A stretch of 14,930 bases of DNA from an uncultured Deinococcaceae bacterium (GCA_964252075.1 CAXULY010000075.1:1-14930), one strand, 5' to 3'; counted from the stretch's first letter, positions 1-7,295 are shown. Made by a program: numbers and translations. The notes: generated from the sequence alone by a model not told the origin.

Positions 1-65
1 AGGTCCACCAGCGCCTGCTTGATGCTTGGGTTGTTGATGCCACCGGATGTGAGCAGCAGTTTCAT
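1..65 (-). CDS. Peptidase E / S51 (type 1 glutamine amidotransferase-like) protein, N-terminal part, runs off window edge
   Basis: Manual translation from ATG at 65: MKLLLTSGGINNPSIKQALVD, typical N-terminus of this family; strong SD AAGGAGGG (71-78). Confidence 0.75.
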   Translation of the reverse strand, partial: MKLLLTSGGINNPSIKQALVD

Positions 66-150
66 GGGTTCCCTCCTTGATGCGTGGTGCGTGGACGCCC
101 AGCGCCTTCCGCCAGTCGGGCGGGGTGCACTGCGTGTCCACCCCGCCACG

Positions 151-597
151 TCATCCTTCAGTTGGTGTAGGGGGCTCCGGGCCCACCCACCACATCGACA
201 CCTCGCCGCGCAAGTCGAACGTCGTGGGGTCCCAGCGAAAGCCGTGCGCGCGATACCAGCCGAGCAGCTTGGGGTTCTCGTGGCGGTCGCCCGGCGTGGT
301 GCAGGCGTCCACATGCGACACGCCCAGCTCCGGCAGGGCGGCCAGCGTCGCCTCAAGCAGCGCGCTGCCCACGCCGCGGCGCCGGAAGCGTTCGTTCACG
401 CGGAGGTCGTTGAGCTGGACGACACCAGGCGCGGAGCGGATGCAGGCGGCGAGTCCAAGGCGTCGCCCATCAGCCGCGAACAGCTGAAAGTGCAGGGCGT
501 TCGGCCCATGGTGCCCGGTGACCGTGACCTCCCACCTGGAGCGGCCGGCGCCGACCGTGGCGATCAGAACGGGCACGCCGTTCTCCAGGCGCGTCAC
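151..597 (-). CDS. GNAT family N-acetyltransferase
   Basis: Motif A VNERFRRRGVGSALL and C-terminal NPKLLGWYRAHGF; GTG start overlaps the upstream stop (GTGA). Confidence 0.85.
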   Translation of the reverse strand: MTRLENGVPVLIATVGAGRSRWEVTVTGHHGPNALHFQLFAADGRRLGLAACIRSAPGVVQLNDLRVNERFRRRGVGSALLEATLAALPELGVSHVDACTTPGDRHENPKLLGWYRAHGFRWDPTTFDLRGEVSMWWVGPEPPTPTEG

Positions 598-1028
598 GGC
601 GCACCTCGGGAGGCGAGGGTGAGGCGGCCGTGCAGCCGCTGCACCCGGCGCGAGATGTCCGACGGCGCCTCATGCTGGCGTTCGTTCAGGGGCGCGTCGA
701 GCTCTTCGGCCATGCGCAGCGCCTGGTCCAGGTCGTGCAGCTCCAGGCCGAGCGGCGGCCGCGGGCGTGGGTGGTGCTCCGGCGCCGGGGGTAGGGTGAA
801 CGGTTCGCGCTGACCGCTCGGCAGGAAGTGGACGTCCCGGGCGATGAGGCGCGCGGCGATCAGTTCCGGCCGCAGCGCGCGCCACACCAGGTGCGCGTGG
901 TCCGCGCCGGTCGCCAGGGCGCGCAGCAGCAGCTCCTGGTACTCATGACGCCGGGCGTTCGCCTCCAGCGCCTGCAGGTCCCGCTCGAACTCGCGGCGGC
1001 GCTCCTCGGGACTCTGGCGCTGCCCCAT
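594..1028 (-). CDS. Hypothetical protein, translationally coupled in SRAP operon
   Basis: ATG 1 nt after the SRAP stop; stop overlaps the GNAT start; protein-like helical composition. Confidence 0.7.
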   Translation of the reverse strand: MGQRQSPEERRREFERDLQALEANARRHEYQELLLRALATGADHAHLVWRALRPELIAARLIARDVHFLPSGQREPFTLPPAPEHHPRPRPPLGLELHDLDQALRMAEELDAPLNERQHEAPSDISRRVQRLHGRLTLASRGAP

Positions 1029-1029
1029 G

Positions 1030-1668
1030 TCACGAGGCCTCAGGTGTGGTCTGCAGGATGCCGGGCGGATACGGCCGCCACATCAGTGCCTTCGCGGACG
1101 TGGGGAGCGGGCCGGTCTCCAGACCCAGCCACAGCTGCCAGTCCTTGCTGAGCAGCAGCAGCGGCTGGCGGTCGTGCACGTGCTGGAGATCCGGCCCGGC
1201 CTCGACGGTCACCACGGTGACCGAATCGTGTTCGCCTTCCGCGTCCCGCCAAGACGACCACAGTCCGGCAACGACCAGGGGCAGCCCGTCGCGTCTGGTG
1301 ATGCGCGTGCGGACCTTGCGCCCCTGAGCGTCGAGCGGCCACTCCCAGAAGGCGGAGAGCGGCACCAGGCAGCGCTGGCTGCGGAAGGCCGCGGCGAACA
1401 TGCGGCTGGTCTGCACGGTCTCGGCGCGGGCGTTGAAGGTCGCGTACTTCTTGGCCTGCTGCAGGTCCATGCCAGGTCCTACGAGGCCCCAGCGACCACG
1501 CGCGCCTTCCACGGTTCCCTGGTTGCTGCGAATGAAGCCGAGCGGGTCGGTGGGGCGCACCTCGGGGGTCTCTCCTCCCCTGCCGAACACCTGCAGCAGG
1601 TCCCGCCCGAAGTGCTTTCCCAGTGCCGCCCAGGTGCTGCCGGGGATCTGCTCGGCGCGGCCGCACAC
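1030..1668 (-). CDS. SOS response-associated peptidase (SRAP/YedK/HMCES family), abasic-site protecting protein
   Basis: GTG at 1668 gives the hallmark MCGR N-terminus; motifs RWGL, FNARAET, RCLVPLSAFWEW, AGLW, HDRQP. The track start (1728) is too long. Confidence 0.93.
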   Translation of the reverse strand: MCGRAEQIPGSTWAALGKHFGRDLLQVFGRGGETPEVRPTDPLGFIRSNQGTVEGARGRWGLVGPGMDLQQAKKYATFNARAETVQTSRMFAAAFRSQRCLVPLSAFWEWPLDAQGRKVRTRITRRDGLPLVVAGLWSSWRDAEGEHDSVTVVTVEAGPDLQHVHDRQPLLLLSKDWQLWLGLETGPLPTSAKALMWRPYPPGILQTTPEAS

Positions 1669-1669
1669 C

Positions 1670-1855
1670 TTAGACCACCTGCTCCTCGTCTCGCAGCAGG
1701 TGCACATGATGGCGCACACACGCGTCATACAGGTGCTCGACCGTCAGCACCACCCGGTCGGGGCGCTCCCCCCGCCGGATCACCAGCCACAGGAGTTCCT
1801 GGCCGGTGCCAATGGGCAGGGCCACCGTGTCCCCAACCTCGGGCGCATGCTTCAC
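1670..1855 (-). CDS. Small hypothetical protein (61 aa), first gene of SRAP operon
   Basis: Stop is 1 nt before the SRAP start; GTG start lies 6 nt after a TAGCAT -10 box. Confidence 0.65.
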   Translation of the reverse strand: MKHAPEVGDTVALPIGTGQELLWLVIRRGERPDRVVLTVEHLYDACVRHHVHLLRDEEQVV

Positions 1856-1867
1856 CCCCGGATGCTA
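1856..1867 (-). promoter_or_regulatory. Putative -10 element (TAGCAT) for a leaderless transcript of the SRAP operon
   Basis: TANNNT hexamer at 1867-1862 followed by 6 nt and the GTG start; no SD. Confidence 0.45.
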
Positions 1868-1977
1868 ACCGTGATGACAGGATTTAACCATGCGCGTAAT
1901 ACACAATTCAACGAAAGTGGCCTTAAAACGCCGTGTGGACGCAGTGCATCTGGGTTCGAGGGCTTGTCTCTCATGTT

Positions 1978-2085
1978 TGACGTACAGACGTACGTACATA
2001 CGTCATGACGCACATCCATCACTCAGTACAAAACGAAAGCCGTCCATCTTGACTGACTGGATGACACGCGACATGACGCCGTGAT
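1978..2085. promoter_or_regulatory. Putative centromere-like/operator region upstream of parA
   Basis: Imperfect palindrome TGACGTAcagACGTACGTacaTACGTCA (1978-2005); TGAC at 1978, 2006, 2050, 2054, 2062, 2074, all in the same 4-nt register. Confidence 0.55.
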
Positions 2086-2087
2086 AG

Positions 2088-2705
2088 GTGTATGGGATGA
2101 ATGTCCCAGGCCCATACGTCGTCGCCATGACCAGCGCGAAGGGTGGGGTGGGAAAATCCACCCTGGCCGTGAACCTCGCCGGCGCCCTCGCCAGCCGTGG
2201 CCCCACCGCCCTGATGGACGCCGACACCGCCATCGCCACCAGCAGCGAATGGGCCGGGCGCGGCCAGCTCAAGATGACCCTCCTCGCAGAGGCCGACGAC
2301 ATCCCGAAGGGCACCCGCTACGTCGTCCTCGACACCGAGGGCCGCCCGGAGATCGACGACATGGTCGCCCTCACCAAGAGCGTCGCGGTGGTGCTGATTC
2401 CCTCCGCGCCGAACGGTGTCGAGGTGGCGGCCACCATCAAGCTGTGGGGCCAGCTGACCGAGGCGGGCGCGGACATGGACCGGGTGCGCGTGGTGATCAC
2501 CAAAGCCCCACCTGTCGGCGGTGTTGGTCAGGCCGCGCGCGATGAGCTCCGGCAGATGGGCATGCGGGTCTGCGAGACCGTCGTGCGCCGGTACGCGGCG
2601 CACGAGCGCGCCCAGGAGGTGGGGGCGCTCGTGCGGGACAGCGGCGACCCGAAAGCGGAGAACGCCTGGTCGGACGTGGTGCAGCTGGCCCTCGAGGTCT
2701 GCTGA
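2088..2705 (+). CDS. parA: Short ParA family partition ATPase (type Ib-like); start may be ATG 2097
   Basis: Deviant Walker A KGGVGKST, MDAD, Walker B YVVLDT; about 205 aa with no N-terminal HTH. Confidence 0.92.
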   Translation: MYGMNVPGPYVVAMTSAKGGVGKSTLAVNLAGALASRGPTALMDADTAIATSSEWAGRGQLKMTLLAEADDIPKGTRYVVLDTEGRPEIDDMVALTKSVAVVLIPSAPNGVEVAATIKLWGQLTEAGADMDRVRVVITKAPPVGGVGQAARDELRQMGMRVCETVVRRYAAHERAQEVGALVRDSGDPKAENAWSDVVQLALEVC

Positions 2706-3142
2706 TGGCCGCCGAGCGCAAGGGCCGCTTCTCGCAGTTCCGGCAGGCCAGCGCCCCGCCCGCAGCCCCAGCCGCAGCGCGCGAGGAGACCGCCACGGAG
2801 CCCCCCCGGGCACAGGAGCGCCCTGAGCGGACGGCGGAGCCCACGAGGCGCGAGGAGCGCGCGCAGCGGGCGGTAGAGCCCGTGGACGCCCCGCAGGCCA
2901 CCGGAACCCCGTACCTGCTGCAGCGCTTTTCAAAGGGTGAGGCCCTGGCGCGGCTGGGGAACGGCGTGCGGGCCGTCACGAAGTACGCCCTGGAGGATTA
3001 CGTGCAGCGGCTGAAGCGCCAGGGCTGGCCCGTCACGGAGGCGCGCGTGATGGAGGGCATGTTCATCCTGCTGGAGCAGGACCCGGAGTTCCAGGATGCC
3101 CTCACCCGCTTCCTGACCGGGACAGACGACAGTACGTCCTGA
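2705..3142 (+). CDS. Putative centromere-binding partner of ParA (not ParB-CTPase type)
   Basis: ATG overlaps the parA TGA; basic/aromatic N-terminal peptide (RKGRFSQFR), Pro/Glu/Ala-rich linker, compact C-terminal domain, as in type Ib partners. Confidence 0.7.
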   Translation: MAAERKGRFSQFRQASAPPAAPAAAREETATEPPRAQERPERTAEPTRREERAQRAVEPVDAPQATGTPYLLQRFSKGEALARLGNGVRAVTKYALEDYVQRLKRQGWPVTEARVMEGMFILLEQDPEFQDALTRFLTGTDDSTS

Positions 3143-3158
3143 CGTACGTACGTCAGGA
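3137..3158. repeat. Perfect 22-bp palindrome TCCTGACGTACGTACGTCAGGA (candidate parS)
   Basis: Sequence equals its own reverse complement; shares its core with the 1978-2005 element. Confidence 0.75.
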
Positions 3159-3164
3159 GAGAAC

Positions 3165-3187
3165 GGGGGCGCCCACCTGGCGCCCCC
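3165..3187. terminator. GC-rich hairpin between convergent genes
   Basis: GGGGGCGCC-cacct-GGCGCCCCC, 9-bp perfect stem, no U tract. Confidence 0.5.
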
Positions 3188-3200
3188 ATCGCGTGTGGCC

Positions 3201-3437
3201 TTACAGCCGCTCGAACAACCGTATGGCGGCGTCCTCGTCGCCAACCTCCCGCACCCAGAACGCCCCATCTTCGGTGATCAGGTGGTACAGCGCCACGCTG
3301 TCCGACCCCCGGCTAAAGCGGTGCAACTGCACCTGGCTCCCGATCGGCAGGCCGCCAGGGGAGTCCCCGACCACTGTGCACAACACGGTGCCCTCCAGCG
3401 GTGACGTGACGGCGAATTCAGGGCGGAGCTTGATCAC
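3201..3437 (-). CDS. Hypothetical protein (78 aa)
   Basis: Protein-like composition; ends just before the hairpin; TAGGTT -10-like box shortly upstream. Confidence 0.6.
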   Translation of the reverse strand: MIKLRPEFAVTSPLEGTVLCTVVGDSPGGLPIGSQVQLHRFSRGSDSVALYHLITEDGAFWVREVGDEDAAIRLFERL

Positions 3438-3538
3438 GGTCCAGACAACCTAGCGCGACCATACTTGCACGGCCGCGCTTCATGCCACCATTGCGTCAGG
3501 TGGCGGGCAGATCACCCGGCGCAGGTACCCGCTGCACA

Positions 3539-3760
3539 TTAATCGTGCCCAAGGTGCTGCTGGCCCGGCTCCGACCCGTCCAGGTTCTCTCCGGCCAGCT
3601 CGAACAGCTGGGCGTGCCAGCCCACCGGCCGCAGCTCGTACGGCCCCGCGAACAGCAGGCACGTCCGGCCCACCGCCTCCAGGTCCAGGGCGAGGCCACC
3701 GTGCGCTTCCAGGAACGCCAGCAGCTCCGCCAGCGAGCCCCGGAATATCGGGGCGCTCAC
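3539..3760 (-). CDS. Hypothetical protein (73 aa)
   Basis: GTGA overlap with the upstream ORF; protein-like composition. Confidence 0.65.
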   Translation of the reverse strand: MSAPIFRGSLAELLAFLEAHGGLALDLEAVGRTCLLFAGPYELRPVGWHAQLFELAGENLDGSEPGQQHLGHD

Positions 3761-3993
3761 AGGCCCGCCTCGATGATCACGACCGTGTCGCTCGGCGGGA
3801 GGTCCTGGCGCACCAGCGGCCCGAAGCGCCCGAGCTCCCCAATGGCCTCGACGCCCTTCAGGCTGGGGTGCCCGGCGACCACGGGGTCCGCGCCGTCCGG
3901 AGACTGCACGAGGATGGGCGCGTCACCGAGGCCACGGGCGCTCATGTGCTGCAGCTGGCGGATCATTTCATCGACGGTCGGGAAGCGATCCAT
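3757..3993 (-). CDS. Hypothetical protein (78 aa, MDRFPTVDEMIRQL...), phage-like
   Basis: ATG at 3993 directly downstream of the conserved motif; the longer track ORF crosses a terminator. Confidence 0.7.
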   Translation of the reverse strand: MDRFPTVDEMIRQLQHMSARGLGDAPILVQSPDGADPVVAGHPSLKGVEAIGELGRFGPLVRQDLPPSDTVVIIEAGL

Positions 3994-4003
3994 GCGTCCA
4001 TGG

Positions 4004-4053
4004 TTGCTTCCCGCCAGGGCAGGGTGGTGTGCCCATCCTGTGCGGTTAGGCGC
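4004..4053 (-). promoter_or_regulatory. Conserved upstream element, copy A
   Basis: Plus strand TTGCTTCCC(4004)-N9-GGGTGGTGTGC(4022); same blocks and spacing as 6986-7014. Confidence 0.65.
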
Positions 4054-4055
4054 AG

Positions 4056-4078
4056 AAAAAAGACCCCTGAAGCGGGGC
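4056..4078 (-). terminator. Intrinsic terminator after DHFR-like gene
   Basis: Minus strand GCCCC-gcttca-GGGGT then CTTTTTT. Confidence 0.55.
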
Positions 4079-4153
4079 AGGGGAGAGGCGGGCGGCGTTG
4101 AAGACTGAAGCACCAAATGGCCGCATCGCGCGTCTCCGTGACGCCAAGTCACC

Positions 4154-4747
4154 TTACGTCCTTGGGTTCAGCACCTCGTACTTCAGCAGGACATGGTCGG
4201 AACCAGGCCACCGACGGGTGTCCAGGAGCCGCAGGGCCGCCCCCGTTCCACCCGTGAACACCGGGATGCCCTCCCCGAGCACGCGGCCACCCACCATCAG
4301 GTGAAGCTCATCAATCAGGCCATGGGCCAGCAGGTCGTTCCAGAGCGTGTGGCTCCCCGTGATCAGGATGTCCTTGCCCTCCTGTGCCTTCAGCGCGCCG
4401 ATTTCCCGATGGGCATCGCCGCGCCTGATGATGCGGAGGTTCGGGCGGTCCTCCTGCAGGCTGTCTGAGACGACGACCCCGCGGACTGGGGCCGAGGCCC
4501 GTGCGAGGTCACGCTGGGCGTCGGTCCATTGATCGGACATGGGATCGGCCACCACTTTGGGCCAAAAGCCCTGAAACAGCTCGAAGGAGGCGCGGCCCAT
4601 CAGGTGGAGGTCGGCTGAGCGGAGCAGTCCGGTGTTGTAGGTGTCGAAGACGTCCCCCATCATGGGGAACATCACCGTCACGTCACCCGACGGTCCGGTG
4701 TGGAAGCCGTCCAGGGAAACGACATTGAACACGATGACTTTGCGCAA
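4154..4747 (-). CDS. Dihydrofolate reductase-like (RibD C-terminal domain) protein
   Basis: TTG start after AGGAGG gives (M)RKVIVFNVVSLDGF; motifs MGRASF, GKDILITGS, LIDELHL, LGEGIPVF. Confidence 0.9.
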   Translation of the reverse strand: MRKVIVFNVVSLDGFHTGPSGDVTVMFPMMGDVFDTYNTGLLRSADLHLMGRASFELFQGFWPKVVADPMSDQWTDAQRDLARASAPVRGVVVSDSLQEDRPNLRIIRRGDAHREIGALKAQEGKDILITGSHTLWNDLLAHGLIDELHLMVGGRVLGEGIPVFTGGTGAALRLLDTRRWPGSDHVLLKYEVLNPRT

Positions 4748-4865
4748 GGGATCCTCCTGAGGTGTGGCCTGCTGCCGTGGCAAGGGAAAACACAGCGGCA
4801 AGTTGGGGTGCGGTCCACCGTACCTGTGGGGCAAGGTGGGGCGCAACGTTCAAAGCGACCCAGGC

Positions 4866-4887
4866 AAAAGCCCCGCCGAAGCGAGGC
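4866..4887 (-). terminator. Intrinsic terminator after alpha/beta hydrolase
   Basis: Minus strand GCCTCGC-TTCG-GCGGGGC-TTTT, with a UUCG tetraloop. Confidence 0.7.
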
Positions 4888-4988
4888 AGGGGAGGGGCAG
4901 CGAGGACTGTCAGGCGTCGTCGAGCACGGAGGCGCTACTGGTCGAGCGTTTCTTGTGGATGTTCATGGTAGTTGGAGGGGGTGGGGCT

Positions 4989-5795
4989 TCAGAAAGGGGT
5001 GAGCGCCGCGCGGAGGTCCTGGGCGAATTGGACGGGGTGCATCGCGTACCCCACATGCCCGCCCATCAGGTGGATTATCGGAACACCCAGTGTCTCGCCC
5101 CAGATCAGGGCGGCCCGGTACACGAAGCTGTTCTCCGACTGCGTGCCCGCGCCCATGATCAGTCGGTTCCTGACCCGCCTCAGCGCCGGAACGTCGAAGC
5201 GCGTGAGGGGATAAACCGGGAGTTCGCGTTCAAACCAGTAGGTGGCGTTGGCCTGACCGAACGGGCCGCGACTGCCTCCCGCTTGGCTCATGGCGGCGCG
5301 GTCCACGGCCCCCAGCTGGGCGGCGAACTGTTGTTGGGCGGCCACAATGCCTTGCTCGCGGTACAGCCGGTACACGTCTGAGTGGGACGCGATCAGATCC
5401 TCAGCGTCGGGCAGAACGTGCAGCGTGGGGGGCTCGTGGGCCACCAGCGTCCGCACGCGGTGGGGGTGGGACACAAGGAGTTGCAGGGCCACGATGGCGC
5501 CGCTGCTGCTGCCGAAGACGAAGGCGGGTTGGCCCCGGCCGACCTCGGCGATCAACGAGGCCGCGTCGTCCGCATCGGTCAGGAGGCGCTGGGTGTAATC
5601 CTGCGGGCCGGTGAAGAGGCTCTGCGAGAAGCCCCGGCGGTCATAGGTCACGATGGTGAAGCTGTCGCTCAGGGCCTGGGCGAGGCCCTGATAGATCCCG
5701 TGCTCACCGTTCGCGCCGGCAATGCACAGCAGTACGGGGCCGGAACCGGTGATTTCGTAGTTCAGGGTGGCGTGGGGGACGTTGAGGGTGGGCAT
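4989..5795 (-). CDS. Alpha/beta fold hydrolase
   Basis: ATG 5795 after AAGGAG; motifs GSGPVLL, YDRRGFS, nucleophile GSSSG, HEPP, catalytic GGHVG. Confidence 0.92.
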   Translation of the reverse strand: MPTLNVPHATLNYEITGSGPVLLCIAGANGEHGIYQGLAQALSDSFTIVTYDRRGFSQSLFTGPQDYTQRLLTDADDAASLIAEVGRGQPAFVFGSSSGAIVALQLLVSHPHRVRTLVAHEPPTLHVLPDAEDLIASHSDVYRLYREQGIVAAQQQFAAQLGAVDRAAMSQAGGSRGPFGQANATYWFERELPVYPLTRFDVPALRRVRNRLIMGAGTQSENSFVYRAALIWGETLGVPIIHLMGGHVGYAMHPVQFAQDLRAALTPF

Positions 5796-5816
5796 GTGGC
5801 GCTCCTTCAGCAATGC

Positions 5817-5873
5817 AATTCAACACCCGTTGAGATATTACGGCCCATGTCCTCAAAATTCAACATATGATGA
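5817..5873. promoter_or_regulatory. Two putative TetR operators in the divergent promoter
   Basis: TCAACacccGTTGA (5820-5833) and TCAACatatGATGA (5860-5873); AATTCAACA repeated exactly 40 bp apart. Confidence 0.65.
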
Positions 5874-6479
5874 GTGATGGACTCGCCCCGTCCGCCCAAG
5901 CGTCCAGGTCGCCGTCCTCACGGCAGCGACGCCCGCGAACGCATCATCACGGAAGCCCGCCGACTGTTCGCGCAGCAGGGCTTCAAGGACACCCCCTTGC
6001 GACAAATCGCCGAGGCGGCTGACGTGGACGTCGCCCTCATTAGCCACTACTTCGGCGGCAAGCAGGCCCTCTTCGACACCCTGACCCAATTGCCCTTCGA
6101 CCCACAGGCCGTTGTCGCCGAACTGACCGCACCGGGACTCGATGGCCTGGGAGAGCGGCTGGTGCTCTTCCTGCTGCGCACCATCAGGGAGCACCTCGAG
6201 CAGCAGGGCCTCATTGCCCTGCTGAGAAGCTCGGGCGGCCACACCGAAATAAGTCAGGCCGTGAAGCGCCACTATGTCGAGGAACTGCTGGAACCACTCG
6301 CCCGAGACCTGCACACGGACCAGCCCGAATTACGGGCGGCTTTGTGCTCGGCGCACCTGCTCGGGCTGTCGTTTGCCGAGCAGGTCCTCGAACTCGATGG
6401 GCTGACCCGGACGCCCTCGGCGGAACTGGCGCGGATCGTCGGGGCGACCTTGCAGCGGTACTTGGTGGGAGAACTCTAA
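5874..6479 (+). CDS. TetR/AcrR family transcriptional regulator (start 5874 or 5877)
   Basis: HTH ARRLFAQQGFKDTPLRQIAEAADVDVALISHYFGGKQALF; divergent from the hydrolase. Confidence 0.95.
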   Translation: MMDSPRPPKRPGRRPHGSDARERIITEARRLFAQQGFKDTPLRQIAEAADVDVALISHYFGGKQALFDTLTQLPFDPQAVVAELTAPGLDGLGERLVLFLLRTIREHLEQQGLIALLRSSGGHTEISQAVKRHYVEELLEPLARDLHTDQPELRAALCSAHLLGLSFAEQVLELDGLTRTPSAELARIVGATLQRYLVGEL

Positions 6480-6486
6480 CAGGACG

Positions 6487-6542
6487 TTGCGACTTCGAAG
6501 CGGCAGGTGGTGTGCTGAACGTGCCCGGAAAACGTGCGCTGG
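6487..6542 (-). promoter_or_regulatory. Conserved upstream element, orphan copy C facing the tetR 3' end
   Basis: TTGC(6487)-N14-AGGTGGTGTGC(6505) and GTGCGCTGG(6534) at the same offsets as copy D. Confidence 0.55.
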
Positions 6543-6547
6543 AAACG

Positions 6548-6567
6548 AAGAAAACCCATCGCTGGGC
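6548..6567 (-). terminator. Intrinsic terminator after 6592-6975 ORF
   Basis: Minus strand GCCCA-gcga-TGGGT followed by TTTCTT. Confidence 0.5.
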
Positions 6568-6591
6568 CGGGGCGGTGGGGGAGGGGAGGGG

Positions 6592-6975
6592 TCAGAGGAG
6601 GACCAGCGGGCGCCGCACGGGCGTGCGGTCGAGCACCTCGAGCACCTCCTGGGCCACGTCGACGTTGTCGGCGGCCAGCAGGCGCACCTTGACCCCGCCC
6701 CGGCTGGCGGGCAGGCAGGCGGCGAAGCGCTGGACGACGCGGGTGCGGCGCAGGTTGGTCTCCACCTCCGCCCGGAAGGCCGCGAGGGCGGTGAGGTCCA
6801 CGGCGAGCGCGTCGGTGTCGCTGGGGAAGGCCACCCGACCGCACAGGTCGTGCGTCCGGAGGTACATCTTTTCGAGCTGGCGGCGGAAGCGCACCACCGC
6901 GCGGCGCCCGAGGTGGGCGGCGAGGACGGCGCCGGTCGGGCGGAGGTCGATGCGGACGAGGTTTTTCGCGTTCAT
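6592..6975 (-). CDS. Hypothetical protein (127 aa, MNAKNLVRID...)
   Basis: ATG 6975 directly downstream of the conserved motif; followed by a terminator; the longer track ORF overlaps the tRNA region. Confidence 0.75.
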   Translation of the reverse strand: MNAKNLVRIDLRPTGAVLAAHLGRRAVVRFRRQLEKMYLRTHDLCGRVAFPSDTDALAVDLTALAAFRAEVETNLRRTRVVQRFAACLPASRGGVKVRLLAADNVDVAQEVLEVLDRTPVRRPLVLL

Positions 6976-6985
6976 GGGTGTCTGT

Positions 6986-7041
6986 TTGCTTCCCAGGAGC
7001 GCCGGGTGGTGTGCGGCAAACGTGCGAAACATGTGCGCTGG
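6986..7041 (-). promoter_or_regulatory. Conserved upstream element, copy D
   Basis: TTGCTTCCC(6986)-N9-GGGTGGTGTGC(7004); GTGC at 7011, 7022, 7033 (11-bp phase). Confidence 0.65.
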
Positions 7042-7218
7042 GCGCTGCGCCTGGTGGCGCACGCCGCATGGCCGACGCGCCCGCCGGGACGGGCCGGCCA
7101 CAACGATGTTGTCGGTCGGAGGGTCCCACGGGAGGTCCCGTGGGTCCGGCGGAAGGCAGGGAGCGGCCCAACGCTCCGTCCCGGTGGAGTCCGGCTTGTG
7201 CGCCCAGTCCACCACCAC

Positions 7219-7289
7219 TGGAAGCTCGTCCAATGGCAGGGCCGCACCCTCTGGAGGGGTTGATCGGGGTTCGATTCCCTGCCTCCCCG
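7219..7289 (+). tRNA. tRNA-Gln(CTG), degenerate / probable pseudo-tRNA
   Basis: D arm GTCC-AATGGCA-GGGC; anticodon loop CT-CTG-GA (7251-7253); T arm CGGGG-TTCGATT-CCCTG; three acceptor-stem mismatches and one anticodon-stem mismatch. Confidence 0.8.
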
Positions 7290-7295
7290 CCCCAC

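Noticed and set aside
1883..1899. Deinococcus RDRM (DdrO box) upstream of the SRAP operon
   Set aside because: TTTAACCATGCGCGTAA matches only the right half of the 17-bp palindrome; too weak to call.
4022..4032. T-box riboswitch suggested by GGGTGG motifs near tRNAs
   Set aside because: Lacks the following ACC of the T-box bulge and a stem I; orientation is opposite to the adjacent genes.
4004..7041. CRISPR array or integron attC sites
   Set aside because: Repeats are separated by irregular, gene-sized distances, are not palindromic, and no cas or intI gene is present.
7140..7160. SRP RNA domain IV (GGTCC...GGAAGGCAG)
   Set aside because: Only superficial similarity; the conserved CAGG-GRAA-AGCA loop arrangement cannot be formed.
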